Positions 1-8,904 of a stretch of 64,000 nt of DNA are shown in pieces. This stretch comes from Candidatus Tanganyikabacteria bacterium. GTDB lineage: Bacteria; Cyanobacteriota; Sericytochromatia; S15B-MN24; VGJW01. The stretch lies in contig VGJW01000015.1 in NCBI GenBank assembly GCA_016867265.1, forward strand, positions 1,056 to 65,055, written 5' to 3'. How positions within the stretch are numbered: the stretch's first letter is position 1; each line of letters opens with the position of its first letter. The notes beneath the pieces were generated by a model, which was given only the letters and a program-made list of their open reading frames with translations, was not told the DNA's origin and searched no databases. A program made the position numbers and the translations under genes.

Positions 1-701
1 TGGGCGTCTCGTGCTCGGCCGATCGCAACGTCAAGGCCAGAATTGATGCAGACGGCGTCTGGGTCGAGGACCTCGACCGGACGCCCGGACGCCTTCTGCC
101 GATGGCCGAGGCCGTCACGCCGCAACCCGTGGTGGCCATCGACCTGAACCAGGGCATGGATGCGGTCCGGGCGGAGCTCACCCGCCACCCGGTCGCCACG
201 GCACTGTCACTCTCGGGCACCATCGTCGTCGCCCGCGACATCGCGCATGCGAAGTTCAAGGAACTGCTGGATGCCGGTCAGCCCTTGCCCGACTACCTGC
301 TGCGCTACCCCGTCTATTACGCCGGTCCGGCCAAGACCCCGGAAGGCAAGCCATCCGGTTCATTCGGACCGACGACGGCCGGCCGTATGGACAGCTACGT
401 CGACCTGCTCCAACGCCACGGGGCCTCGCTGGTGATGATCGCCAAGGGCAACCGCAGCCCCCAGGTGACGGAGGCCTGCCAGCGGCATGGCGGCTTCTAC
501 CTGGGTTCCATCGGCGGCCCGGCGGCCATCCTGGCCGAGGAGAACATCCGCAGGGTCGAATGCCTGGACTATGCCGAACTGGGCATGGAAGCCGTCTGGA
601 AGATCGACGTGGTCGACTTCCCGGCCTACATCCTCATCGACGACAAGGGCCATGACTTCTTCCGGCAACTGCCGGGCAAGGCCGCCGCCACGGGGGCATG
701 A
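1..701 (+). CDS. Class I (Fe-S) fumarate hydratase, C-terminal part; 5' end outside the window
   Basis: Open frame from nt 3 ([14 protein letters not shown]); motifs [34 protein letters not shown]. Confidence 0.93.
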   Translation, partial: GVSCSADRNVKARIDADGVWVEDLDRTPGRLLPMAEAVTPQPVVAIDLNQGMDAVRAELTRHPVATALSLSGTIVVARDIAHAKFKELLDAGQPLPDYLLRYPVYYAGPAKTPEGKPSGSFGPTTAGRMDSYVDLLQRHGASLVMIAKGNRSPQVTEACQRHGGFYLGSIGGPAAILAEENIRRVECLDYAELGMEAVWKIDVVDFPAYILIDDKGHDFFRQLPGKAAATGA

Positions 702-821
702 AGGCAGACTGTTAGCCCCCCGTGAAGAATACCGGCGAGCATGCCGGTTTTCGCAAGGTCCTGCGCGGCATCCCGGACGAATTCCGGGAACCCGCAAAGA
801 TGGCCCCGGAGGAGACAGCCC

Positions 822-1286
822 GTGCCCGACATTCAGATCCAGAACACCCTGCGGGCGCCTTGGCGTGCCCCCGCAAACCCCGATGTTCTCGACATGGTGG
901 TGGGACAGGCCTACGCCCCGGGCAAGGACCAGTACCTCGCCGCGCCCCGTCGAACCGGATCGGTAGCTGACAGGGGCACGGCTGGATTCCTGGGCGCGAT
1001 GGTCGGGGGCAGCATCGGCACCGGCGCCGCGCTGAAGTCACCCAAGTTGGTCGGCATCGGCATCGCGGCCGGGGCACTTTCCGGCGTCGCGGTATACCCC
1101 GCCCGTCGCGACTCGGTTCTGGGCCGCAACCCGCGCGCCGCTGTGGCTGGTGGCTGGCTTGGGGCCGGCGCCCTCGCGATAGGCGCGCTGCAGCTGGGCG
1201 TCGTGGCTGGACCGGCCATCGCCGCGGCCGGCTCCGTAGGTGCCGTTGCAGGAGCCTTGGGCTCGGCAAGGATCGCCGACCGTTAA
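822..1286 (+). CDS. Hypothetical Gly/Ala-rich (glycine-zipper-like) membrane protein
   Basis: GGAGGAG RBS before GTG at 822; several GxxxGxxxG hydrophobic segments. Confidence 0.65.
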   Translation: MPDIQIQNTLRAPWRAPANPDVLDMVVGQAYAPGKDQYLAAPRRTGSVADRGTAGFLGAMVGGSIGTGAALKSPKLVGIGIAAGALSGVAVYPARRDSVLGRNPRAAVAGGWLGAGALAIGALQLGVVAGPAIAAAGSVGAVAGALGSARIADR

Positions 1287-1354
1287 GTCTTCATCAACCC
1301 TGACAGGGCACGGCCAACAGGCTTGGACAACCTTGTCAGAGGTGGCAACTTCCC

Positions 1355-2602
1355 GTGAGCGTCAAGAAGTCTTCTGGCAAGGCTCCAGCCGGTCGTCCGG
1401 CATCTTCGACCCGTCCGGCGGCCCCTGCGGCCAAGCGCCCCGGCACGGCCAAGCTCAAGCCGGTTCAGGACAGGCTGGATCTGCAGCGCGCGCAGGTGCG
1501 CCGTGACGCCGATGCCAGCTACCAGGACGCCAGGAAGAACGGCATCGGCGGGTCTGCCATCCGGTTCTGGGATGAGGCTGGCCGCAAGGCCAAGGCCGAC
1601 ACGGACAGCGGCCGCATCGCCAAGCCCTTGGGCCAGCTCAAGCAGGCCGGCGCCGGTGTCATGAAGTTCCTGGCGCAGATGTCGAACGTCGCCGAGCTCG
1701 AGGGCAGTGCCGCCAAGCTGGGCTACCTGTCCGGCTCCGGCGTCGCGACCCGCGGCGACCTGGCCAAGGCCTCGGCCGTGACGGCCCTCGATGCCGGACT
1801 CGCGGCCACCAACTTCATCGGTGTCGGCGGCATCGTCAAGGGCTCGGCGCGCCGCGCCGCTGCCCAGCAACTGATCCGGCAGGGCGAGGCGCGCTTCGGT
1901 GCCGCCGTCGCCAAGGACGCGGTCAAGGGCATGCTCAAGGCAAGGCCATCGGCCGCGGCCTCTGTCGCCGACGACCTGAAGCGCATCGTGGGCACCTTGC
2001 CCGATCAGGGCAAGCTTGGGGCGAAGGAGGCCGAAGCCTTCCTCGGCAAGCTCCAGCCGTTCGCTGCCCGCTACGGGATGGATTTCCAGTTCGGCAAGAG
2101 CATGTTGCCCGAGGTCCACGCCAGCGCAACCAAGGTGTCCATCAAGACCATGGGCGGCGGTACCGACTGGCACGAATATGTCCATGTGGTCCAGACGCTG
2201 CAGAACCGCGCCACGGCGCTGGCCTCGCAGGCCGAACGCCTCGGCAAGCCCATCGCCAAGCTGACGGGCAAGGAGGTGGATGAAGCGTTCACCTTCACGG
2301 CCAAGACCTTCGAGAACCAGGCTTACCGGCACTTCGAGGAAGGTGCCGTCAAGGCGACGGGATTCATGGCGGGGGCCTTGCGTCCCGACCACTGGAAGAA
2401 GGTCGTCGGCTCGTCGATCGACGCGCAGGCCAAGGCGCTCGTGGATGGGGTGATGCCCAATTTCCGGGTTGGCCTGGGGGGCAAGCTTTATGGCGACATG
2501 ACGGCTCTGGGCCAGAGCCAGGCCGAGATCCTGATGAACTTCGGTGCGCCAGCCACGAGCGTGGTCAACCACGTGGCCAGCAGCGGCCTCGGCAAGCGCT
2601 GA
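1355..2602 (+). CDS. Hypothetical protein with zincin-like HExxH metallopeptidase motif
   Basis: 415 aa, coding-like codon bias; WHEYVHVVQ followed by FENQAY; basic low-complexity N-terminus, no signal peptide. Confidence 0.7.
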   Translation: MSVKKSSGKAPAGRPASSTRPAAPAAKRPGTAKLKPVQDRLDLQRAQVRRDADASYQDARKNGIGGSAIRFWDEAGRKAKADTDSGRIAKPLGQLKQAGAGVMKFLAQMSNVAELEGSAAKLGYLSGSGVATRGDLAKASAVTALDAGLAATNFIGVGGIVKGSARRAAAQQLIRQGEARFGAAVAKDAVKGMLKARPSAAASVADDLKRIVGTLPDQGKLGAKEAEAFLGKLQPFAARYGMDFQFGKSMLPEVHASATKVSIKTMGGGTDWHEYVHVVQTLQNRATALASQAERLGKPIAKLTGKEVDEAFTFTAKTFENQAYRHFEEGAVKATGFMAGALRPDHWKKVVGSSIDAQAKALVDGVMPNFRVGLGGKLYGDMTALGQSQAEILMNFGAPATSVVNHVASSGLGKR

Positions 2603-2603
2603 A

Positions 2604-2658
2604 GGCCCCCAGGCGAAACGACCGCCGGCTGGTCCGGCGGTCGTTTCGCCTGGGGGCC
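2604..2658. terminator. Perfect 25-bp inverted repeat just after the stop codon (terminator-like or stabilising hairpin)
   Basis: GGCCCCCAGGCGAAACGACCGCCGG-ctggt-CCGGCGGTCGTTTCGCCTGGGGGCC; no U-tract. Confidence 0.65.
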
Positions 2659-2812
2659 ACAGGCCTCGCGATCACGGGCGCGCGTCGCCGACGCACGGGT
2701 CATCCCGTGCCCGCTACCCGGCGCCGGGAAGCTTGCCAACGGCAGCCGTCGCCACGGTAGCTTGCAGAAAACCCACGGCTGCACCAGCGCCCGGCTGCCG
2801 GTCCCAAGACAA

Positions 2813-2847
2813 GGATGCGGCCCGACCATCTGGGTCGGACCGCATCC
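2813..2847 (-). terminator. Hairpin downstream of the lytic transglycosylase gene
   Basis: GGATGCGGcCCGACC-atctg-GGTCGGaCCGCATCC; minus-strand tail TTGTCTT. Confidence 0.55.
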
Positions 2848-2858
2848 CGGACCAGGCC

Positions 2859-3710
2859 TCAGTACCCCTTGTAGGCGCCGCCCCGCGCCATGCTGCGGAT
2901 GCCCGGCACGTTCTCGAGCGAACCGTAGCGGTTGAGGGCGTAGCGAACACCCGCGACGATGTTGTGGACTGGATTCAAGATCTGGTCCATGCCGGGCAGC
3001 TTCCATCGTTCGAAGGTCGGCCGGATCGTCTGCATGAGGCCCATCGAGGGCGTACCCTTGCGCGCGTTCGAATCCCAGTTGTTGACAGCCCTGGGATTGC
3101 CGCCCGACTCGTGCCGGATGATGGTCGCGATGGCCGACTCGCTCAGCTTCTCCACCGACACGCCGGCGCGGACCAGAATGTCCTTGGCCTGCGCAATCCA
3201 CTCCTTGACCGTCCCCGATACCTTGCCCAGCACGGACGCATCGACCGCTCCGCCGGTTGCGGCGCGCGCACTGCCGGGAATCTCCTCGAATGCCGGATCG
3301 ACCTTCAGGCCCGCGGCCGCGGACTTGCCCATCTTCTTCTCATAGGCTGCCATCGCGGCACGGGTGAGGGGACCCTTCAGGCCGTCGATGGGGCCGGGAT
3401 CGATGCCCGCGGCCTTCATCCGCTGCTGCATCGCCTTGACATCCTCGCTGTAGCCATCGACGTGGCTATGGGGCACGGCGCCGCCACGGGCCACCTTGGC
3501 CACCGGAGCCGCTTCTTCGAGCTTCATCTTCGAGGCGACGCCCGACTCGGCCGCGCGTCCCGCAACCTGGTCGCGGCCAGTCTGCAAGGTGGCAGAAGCG
3601 GTCGCACTGCCGGGCGCCGCGGGACGCCGCAGGGGCAAGGTACCCAAGCGAGGATCGGTCGCCACGCGCGTCGCCTTGAGTTGGTTCGTGCCGCCCACTG
3701 CCATTGCCAC
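2859..3710 (-). CDS. Lytic transglycosylase (SLT domain) with peptidoglycan-binding domain
   Basis: IRHESGGNPRAVNNWD, SMGLMQTI, AGVRYALNRYG; PG_binding_1-like DPGPIDGLKGPLTRAA. Confidence 0.9.
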   Translation of the reverse strand: MAMAVGGTNQLKATRVATDPRLGTLPLRRPAAPGSATASATLQTGRDQVAGRAAESGVASKMKLEEAAPVAKVARGGAVPHSHVDGYSEDVKAMQQRMKAAGIDPGPIDGLKGPLTRAAMAAYEKKMGKSAAAGLKVDPAFEEIPGSARAATGGAVDASVLGKVSGTVKEWIAQAKDILVRAGVSVEKLSESAIATIIRHESGGNPRAVNNWDSNARKGTPSMGLMQTIRPTFERWKLPGMDQILNPVHNIVAGVRYALNRYGSLENVPGIRSMARGGAYKGY

Positions 3711-3814
3711 GTCCCCCCTGCCGGCCGAGCGTCCGACCGTTCCACATCTGGTTCATCGGGCAGGGCGGCTGTTGCAAAGCTAGCTTTAATGGACGCGCAA
3801 CATTTGCAACGATT

Positions 3815-4381
3815 TCAACGCGGCAGCACACCCGGGAAGACCAGATCCACCAACGTCTCGTGCGTCCGCTGGGCCGCATCGAAGCCGGCCAGATGCTCAT
3901 AGCGGGTCAGGACCTCGAGGGCTTCCGCCCTGTCCTCGGTGTCGGTGGCCTCGAACTCGACGCAATGGACCTCGCGTCCGCCGCCGCGTGCGATGTAATG
4001 GACCACCTCGCAGTCGGGGAAGACCCAGACGCGGATGGTCTTGGTCAACGTGCCCGACCAGACAAGGCCCATATGGGCCACGAAGGCCTCGACGGTCGCC
4101 GCCTGATCCCCGGCGTGGTGGCCGAGGTCGAGGTTGATCTCGGCGCGAACTTCAGGATCATCCCCGAACGACTTGAGCGTCAGGTGATGCAATTCCTCGT
4201 CGAACCGATGCCTCAGAATGTAGCGCCGCGCCTGCCCGTCGGCCGTCAGGAAGTAACGGTCGGAGACCTCGAGGGCGATATGCCGGACGGGCCCGAGTCC
4301 TTCCATGCGCGCCGCGAGGGCCGGGTAGTCATAGGCACTGCCCACGACGAACTTGTGCTCGATCTCAACCGTCCGTGTCAC
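3815..4381 (-). CDS. CYTH (triphosphate tunnel metalloenzyme) domain protein
   Basis: EIEHKF (ExExK), DRYF, LRHR, LTLKS, VEFE; GTG start overlaps PLD stop (GTGA). Confidence 0.8.
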   Translation of the reverse strand: MTRTVEIEHKFVVGSAYDYPALAARMEGLGPVRHIALEVSDRYFLTADGQARRYILRHRFDEELHHLTLKSFGDDPEVRAEINLDLGHHAGDQAATVEAFVAHMGLVWSGTLTKTIRVWVFPDCEVVHYIARGGGREVHCVEFEATDTEDRAEALEVLTRYEHLAGFDAAQRTHETLVDLVFPGVLPR

Positions 4382-5529
4382 AGCCACCATCGGAATCTCC
4401 CCCACCGCCGGATACGCTTCGCGAGTGGCCCGGGCCACGCGGCCAGGGTCTCCTTCGTGACCTCCTGGCGATCAGACATCGCCCGCAGCTCGTCGAAGAC
4501 CGAAAGTGCAGGTCCCACGGCACGCGCATCCCTGGAGACCAGCATGGCCTCGGCAAGGCGGTCGTGCGCCGGCTCCTCGAAATTGTAGCTGCCGAAGGCC
4601 GCCCAGGCGCGGTCGACCACGCAGATCTTCGAATGCTCGCCCGAAGGATGTTCGTGGATCCGCACGCCCGCCTCGAGCAACTGCGGATAGCGGACGGCCG
4701 CCGCCACCCAGGCAAGGTCCGTGGCCGAGAGGGACTGGCGATGGGAATGGTGGACCTCGACGTGGACGCCGCGGCGCGCCGCACGCAGGATGGCCGCCTC
4801 CAGCACGGGGGCCGGCTTGAAGTAGAACGAGCTAATCAGCAGTTCATGCTCCGCTGCTTCCACCATGGCCACCATGCGATCCGTGAGGGCATTTGTCCCT
4901 TGCCACAGCCACGGCCCGGCAGGTCCCTGATGCAGGTTGGGGTTGCAGAAACCGTAGGCCATGTCGATATCGCCGGGTGTCTCCCGGGCAAGCACGGCCA
5001 GGTGCAGGCTGTCACCGGGGTCCAGCACGCCACCAATCTTCTCCCAACTGGCCATGATGTCCGGAACCACCGCACCCGAGACGGCCACGGCATATTCCCG
5101 CCAATGGGAGAATGAGGTCCGCGTCAGGTTGCCGCTGGTCAAGATCAGGTTGCCTGCTTCCGAGACTTGGATCTTGACGTGCTGGCCTCCGCCGACCCGG
5201 CGCTGCAGCCATCGGGGCGGGTGGTAATGGGTCACCCTGCCACCCGCCCGACTCAGGGCATCGAGCGCACGTTCCAGCTCCGCGCGCTGATGCGGGGACA
5301 TCAGCGTGCCCCCGAGACGCTGGCCGAAACGGTCGATCAGCAGCGAAACCCGGACCCCCCGGCCCTGTGCGGCCAGCAGAAGGTCGAGCAACTCCGCCCC
5401 GTAGTCGTCGTAGTCCAGATAAAACGTCGAAAGGTAGATGAAGCGCTCGGCATCCCGGAGCATGGCACAGCGCATCGACCAGTCCGCTTGCCTGTCCCTA
5501 AGGGGCACGAAGTGCCGGGCCCAGGTCAT
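4378..5529 (-). CDS. Phospholipase D family protein (cardiolipin synthase-like, soluble)
   Basis: HKD-type motifs HVKIQVSE..GN (degenerate) and HSKICVVD..GSYN. Confidence 0.85.
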   Translation of the reverse strand: MTWARHFVPLRDRQADWSMRCAMLRDAERFIYLSTFYLDYDDYGAELLDLLLAAQGRGVRVSLLIDRFGQRLGGTLMSPHQRAELERALDALSRAGGRVTHYHPPRWLQRRVGGGQHVKIQVSEAGNLILTSGNLTRTSFSHWREYAVAVSGAVVPDIMASWEKIGGVLDPGDSLHLAVLARETPGDIDMAYGFCNPNLHQGPAGPWLWQGTNALTDRMVAMVEAAEHELLISSFYFKPAPVLEAAILRAARRGVHVEVHHSHRQSLSATDLAWVAAAVRYPQLLEAGVRIHEHPSGEHSKICVVDRAWAAFGSYNFEEPAHDRLAEAMLVSRDARAVGPALSVFDELRAMSDRQEVTKETLAAWPGPLAKRIRRWGRFRWWL

Positions 5530-6275
5530 CCGAGGCGATAGCCCCCGGCGACATCAAGGTTGACGCCCGTGACGTAGGGAGCATCCAGGAGGTACGCAAC
5601 GGCACCTTCCATGTCGGCCATGGTTCCGGCCCGACCAATCGGGATCTCGCGCTTCAGTTGTTCCGGGCCGGGCAAATCGACCGAATTGTCCAACTGGCCA
5701 GGGGAAACCATGTTGACCCGGATGCCCCGCGGCCCGCAGGCCAACGCGAGTGATCGCGTCAGGGAAAGCAGGCCGGTCTTGCTGACGTAGTAGTCCACGG
5801 CCAATCGGCTGGCGCGCGTCCCCTCGAGGCCCGCCATGCCGATGTTCACGATGGAGCCTCCGTCCGGCATCAGGCGCAGGGCATGGTAGGCCGCATAGTA
5901 GGCACCCGAGAGATTTGCGCCCAGCGTGGCATCCCAGGCCTCGGGATCCAAGGCCTGGATCGGCTGGGGATTGTAGTTGCCCACGTTGTTGATGAGCACA
6001 TCCACACGGCCCTCGACGCCAGCCACTTCGGCAAATGCCCGGGCAACGGCGTCCCTGTCCGCGATATCGAGGGCAAGCGCCCGAATATGGCCACCAAGGG
6101 CCTTCACCTCGGCCTCGAGCGAGGCCACGTCGGCACGAGAGGATCGATACAGGCAAACGAGCCTGTAGCCACGGCGGACCAGCATCAGGCCGAGATGCCG
6201 CCCGAGGCGCCGCGCCCCCCCTGTCACGACGGCGACAGGCGCCACCGCCCCTGCCTGGCCATGCTCGGCCGTCAC
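5526..6275 (-). CDS. SDR oxidoreductase, pteridine reductase/FolM-like
   Basis: TGGARRLG, NNVG, YYVSK, VNMVSPG; adjacent to folB with GTGA overlap. Confidence 0.85.
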   Translation of the reverse strand: MTAEHGQAGAVAPVAVVTGGARRLGRHLGLMLVRRGYRLVCLYRSSRADVASLEAEVKALGGHIRALALDIADRDAVARAFAEVAGVEGRVDVLINNVGNYNPQPIQALDPEAWDATLGANLSGAYYAAYHALRLMPDGGSIVNIGMAGLEGTRASRLAVDYYVSKTGLLSLTRSLALACGPRGIRVNMVSPGQLDNSVDLPGPEQLKREIPIGRAGTMADMEGAVAYLLDAPYVTGVNLDVAGGYRLG

Positions 6276-6631
6276 GCGCGCTGCCGCTCGATCCGCACGA
6301 AGGAACATGCAGCCGCAGGAACGGCCGCCGGCTTCTCGATGCGGAGACGCACCGCCGAGACGGTCGGGAAGGCCTCGAAAAGCATCCGCACACCTGCCTC
6401 GGCCATCGCTTCCAACAGCTGGAAACGCCGCTCCTGCAGGAGGGCCGTCAGCCGAGAGGCAACGCCGTCATAGTCGAGCGCATCGTCGATCGCATCGGAG
6501 CCTGCCGCGGCGGCGAAGTCGTTGTCCAACTCGACATCCAGGTAGACCGTCTGCTCCGCGGCCCGCTCGTGGGGGTAGATGCCCACGATGCAGTCCACGC
6601 GCAGCTGCCTGAGACCTGTCGTACCCGTCAT
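6272..6631 (-). CDS. folB: Dihydroneopterin aldolase
   Basis: IVGIYPHER..Q, LDY, FQLLEAMAE, IEKPAA. Confidence 0.93.
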   Translation of the reverse strand: MTGTTGLRQLRVDCIVGIYPHERAAEQTVYLDVELDNDFAAAAGSDAIDDALDYDGVASRLTALLQERRFQLLEAMAEAGVRMLFEAFPTVSAVRLRIEKPAAVPAAACSFVRIERQRA

Positions 6632-7407
6632 GATTGCCCCTCCTTGCGCACCAGCCAGACCTGCTCCTCGGCCGACCCAAGGTCGAAGGGCGTCCGGTGG
6701 AAATCCCCCCAGCATCCCTCGATGACGAAACCCGCTTCGCGCAACAGGGCTTCGGCCTGCTCGGGCCGCTGCCACGAGAAGGTCAGCGGCCGGTACTGGC
6801 GGCGGAGCAACACCCCTTCGGAGTCGAGCGTGTCTTCCCACGTCACGGCTTCGATGCGCTGGGCGGCTTCATCCACGATGGACGTGACCCAGAAGAGCGT
6901 GTCCTGGCCGGCAGCATTGCGATAGCGCGCACGCAGCTGGACCTCGCGCATGCGATCGATGACGCTCGGCGTGATGATGAAGTCGTCAAAGAGGAAATGC
7001 CCCCCGGGACGCAGTTGGCTGTGGATCTGGCGCAGCGCCGCCAGCTTGGTGGCACGGTCAAGCAGGTGGGGCATCGTGTGGTACGGCATCGTGACGAGTG
7101 CGGCCGGCTCGGGCAACGTGAACGTGGTGAAGTCCGCATGAATCAGGACGAGGCGATCCAGGACACCGGCATCCGCCGCCCGAGACCGACAAACGTTCAG
7201 CATCGCCCCGGAACCCTCGACGCCGTGCATGGTCCGGCCGGCACGCGCCGCCTCGATGACGAGACGGCCATCTCCCACGCCCATCTCCACGACCGGACCC
7301 TCGGGCGCATGCGCATAGGCCTCGAGGTAAAAGGCCCGGTTCGCTGTCGTGGACTCCGCCGTCGCGGCCCAGACCCCGAAGACGCCGGCAAAGCGGTCGT
7401 ATTCCAT
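6628..7407 (-). CDS. Class I SAM-dependent methyltransferase
   Basis: VEMGVGDGR motif I, IHADF, LRPGGHFLFD; ATG at 7407. Confidence 0.88.
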   Translation of the reverse strand: MEYDRFAGVFGVWAATAESTTANRAFYLEAYAHAPEGPVVEMGVGDGRLVIEAARAGRTMHGVEGSGAMLNVCRSRAADAGVLDRLVLIHADFTTFTLPEPAALVTMPYHTMPHLLDRATKLAALRQIHSQLRPGGHFLFDDFIITPSVIDRMREVQLRARYRNAAGQDTLFWVTSIVDEAAQRIEAVTWEDTLDSEGVLLRRQYRPLTFSWQRPEQAEALLREAGFVIEGCWGDFHRTPFDLGSAEEQVWLVRKEGQS

Positions 7408-7535
7408 CCGGTCATTATTGCAGATGCCGGGGCAAGTCCTGCCGCGGTGAACATGTGGTGACCGGGCTGCGGGATGAATCGGGTGTCTGGCGAACCTGCC
7501 CGGAGATAAGGCAGGCCTCACTAAGGAGGTTCCCC

Positions 7536-7655
7536 GTGGCCCCGATTGGCACCCTCGCGTCCTTGCACGCCCGGCTCGAGTTGGCTGGCTTGCTGACCGG
7601 TCCGAAGCACGCCCCCTGGCTCACGCCATCACCTGCGACGGCGCGCCAGGCCTGA
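7536..7655 (+). CDS. Putative 39-aa small protein
   Basis: Perfect SD TAAGGAGGT (7522-7530), 5-nt spacer, GTG start. Confidence 0.45.
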   Translation: MAPIGTLASLHARLELAGLLTGPKHAPWLTPSPATARQA

Positions 7656-7683
7656 GGCTGTCAGCAGGCCCGACCGCCGGTCT

Positions 7684-8898
7684 TCAGGCCGCTGCCAACA
7701 CCGCCGCGAACTGCTCGAGGCCCCAGAGCAGATCCGTATCCTCGATGACAAGTGGCGGTGCAAAGCGAATGACGGTCTCGTGGGCGTCCTTGCACAACAA
7801 GCCGCGGGCCGCCAGAGACTCGATGAAAGGTCGGGCCGGCCGATCGAGCTCAATACCGATCATCAAGCCCTTGCCGCGGACCTCGACGACCCGCGGACTC
7901 TCCAGAGCCCGGAGCCGGGCCATGGCCAAGGCCCCGAGGGCAGCCGAGCGTTCGGCCAACCTTTCGTCGACAAGGACATCGAGTGCGGCCATCGCCACGG
8001 CACACGCCAGCGGATTGCCCCCGAAGGTGCTGCCGTGATCCCCGGGACGGAAGACGGACATGACATCGCGGCGCCCCACGACGGCTGAAACAGGATAGAC
8101 ACCACCAGAGAGGGCCTTGCCCAGGATCAGGACATCGGGCTTCACGTCCTCGTGATCCACGGCCAGGAAACGGCCGGTCCGGCCCAGGCCCGTCTGGATC
8201 TCGTCCGCCATGACCAGGACGTCGTTCGCCCTGCAAAGCGCCGCGGCCTCTCGCAGATAGCCTTCCGGCGGCACGATGATGCCGGCCTCGCCCTGGATGG
8301 GCTCGACCAGAAAGGCACAGGTCCGCGGGCCGATCGCCGCCTCGAGGGCCGCGATGTCGCCATAGGGCACGATCCGGAAGCCCGGGGTGAATGGACCAAA
8401 ACCTCCGCGGTACTGGGGTTCGGTCGAAAAGCTGACGACTGTCGTCGTCCGGCCATGGAAATTGTTCGTGCAGCAGATGACCTCGGCCTCGCCATCCGGG
8501 ATGCCCTTGACCAGATATCCCCACTTGCGTGCCGCCTTGACGGCCGTCTCCACGGCCTCGGCGCCGCTGTTCATGGGCAAGGCGACATCCAGATTGGTCA
8601 ACTCCGTCAGCTTCCTGTAGAAGAGGCCCAGTTGATCGTTGCGGAACGCGCGGCTGGTGAGCGTCATCCGTGCGGCCTGGGTCACCAGGGCCTCGATGAT
8701 GCGGGGATGGGCATGACCCTGGTTCAGGGCCGAATAGGCCGACAACCCGTCGAGGTAACGCTTTCCGTCGACATCGGTGACCCAGGCACCCCTGCCCTCA
8801 CGCAGGACCACATCCAGCGGATGGTAGTTATGCGCCCCGTGCTCCTCCTCGAGGGCGATCAGGGAAGCTGCGGCCGACTGCTCATCAACGTGCAACAT
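7684..8898 (-). CDS. rocD: Ornithine--oxo-acid transaminase
   Basis: GAHNYHPL, YSALNQGH, PMNSGAEAVETA, DEIQTGLGRTG, LGKALSGG, HGSTFGGNPL. Confidence 0.95.
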   Translation of the reverse strand: MLHVDEQSAAASLIALEEEHGAHNYHPLDVVLREGRGAWVTDVDGKRYLDGLSAYSALNQGHAHPRIIEALVTQAARMTLTSRAFRNDQLGLFYRKLTELTNLDVALPMNSGAEAVETAVKAARKWGYLVKGIPDGEAEVICCTNNFHGRTTTVVSFSTEPQYRGGFGPFTPGFRIVPYGDIAALEAAIGPRTCAFLVEPIQGEAGIIVPPEGYLREAAALCRANDVLVMADEIQTGLGRTGRFLAVDHEDVKPDVLILGKALSGGVYPVSAVVGRRDVMSVFRPGDHGSTFGGNPLACAVAMAALDVLVDERLAERSAALGALAMARLRALESPRVVEVRGKGLMIGIELDRPARPFIESLAARGLLCKDAHETVIRFAPPLVIEDTDLLWGLEQFAAVLAAA

Positions 8899-8904
8899 AG
8901 ACCT

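Noticed and set aside
702..821. Hairpins upstream of the Gly-zipper gene as a c-di-GMP riboswitch
   Set aside because: Only short stems; conserved riboswitch motifs not found
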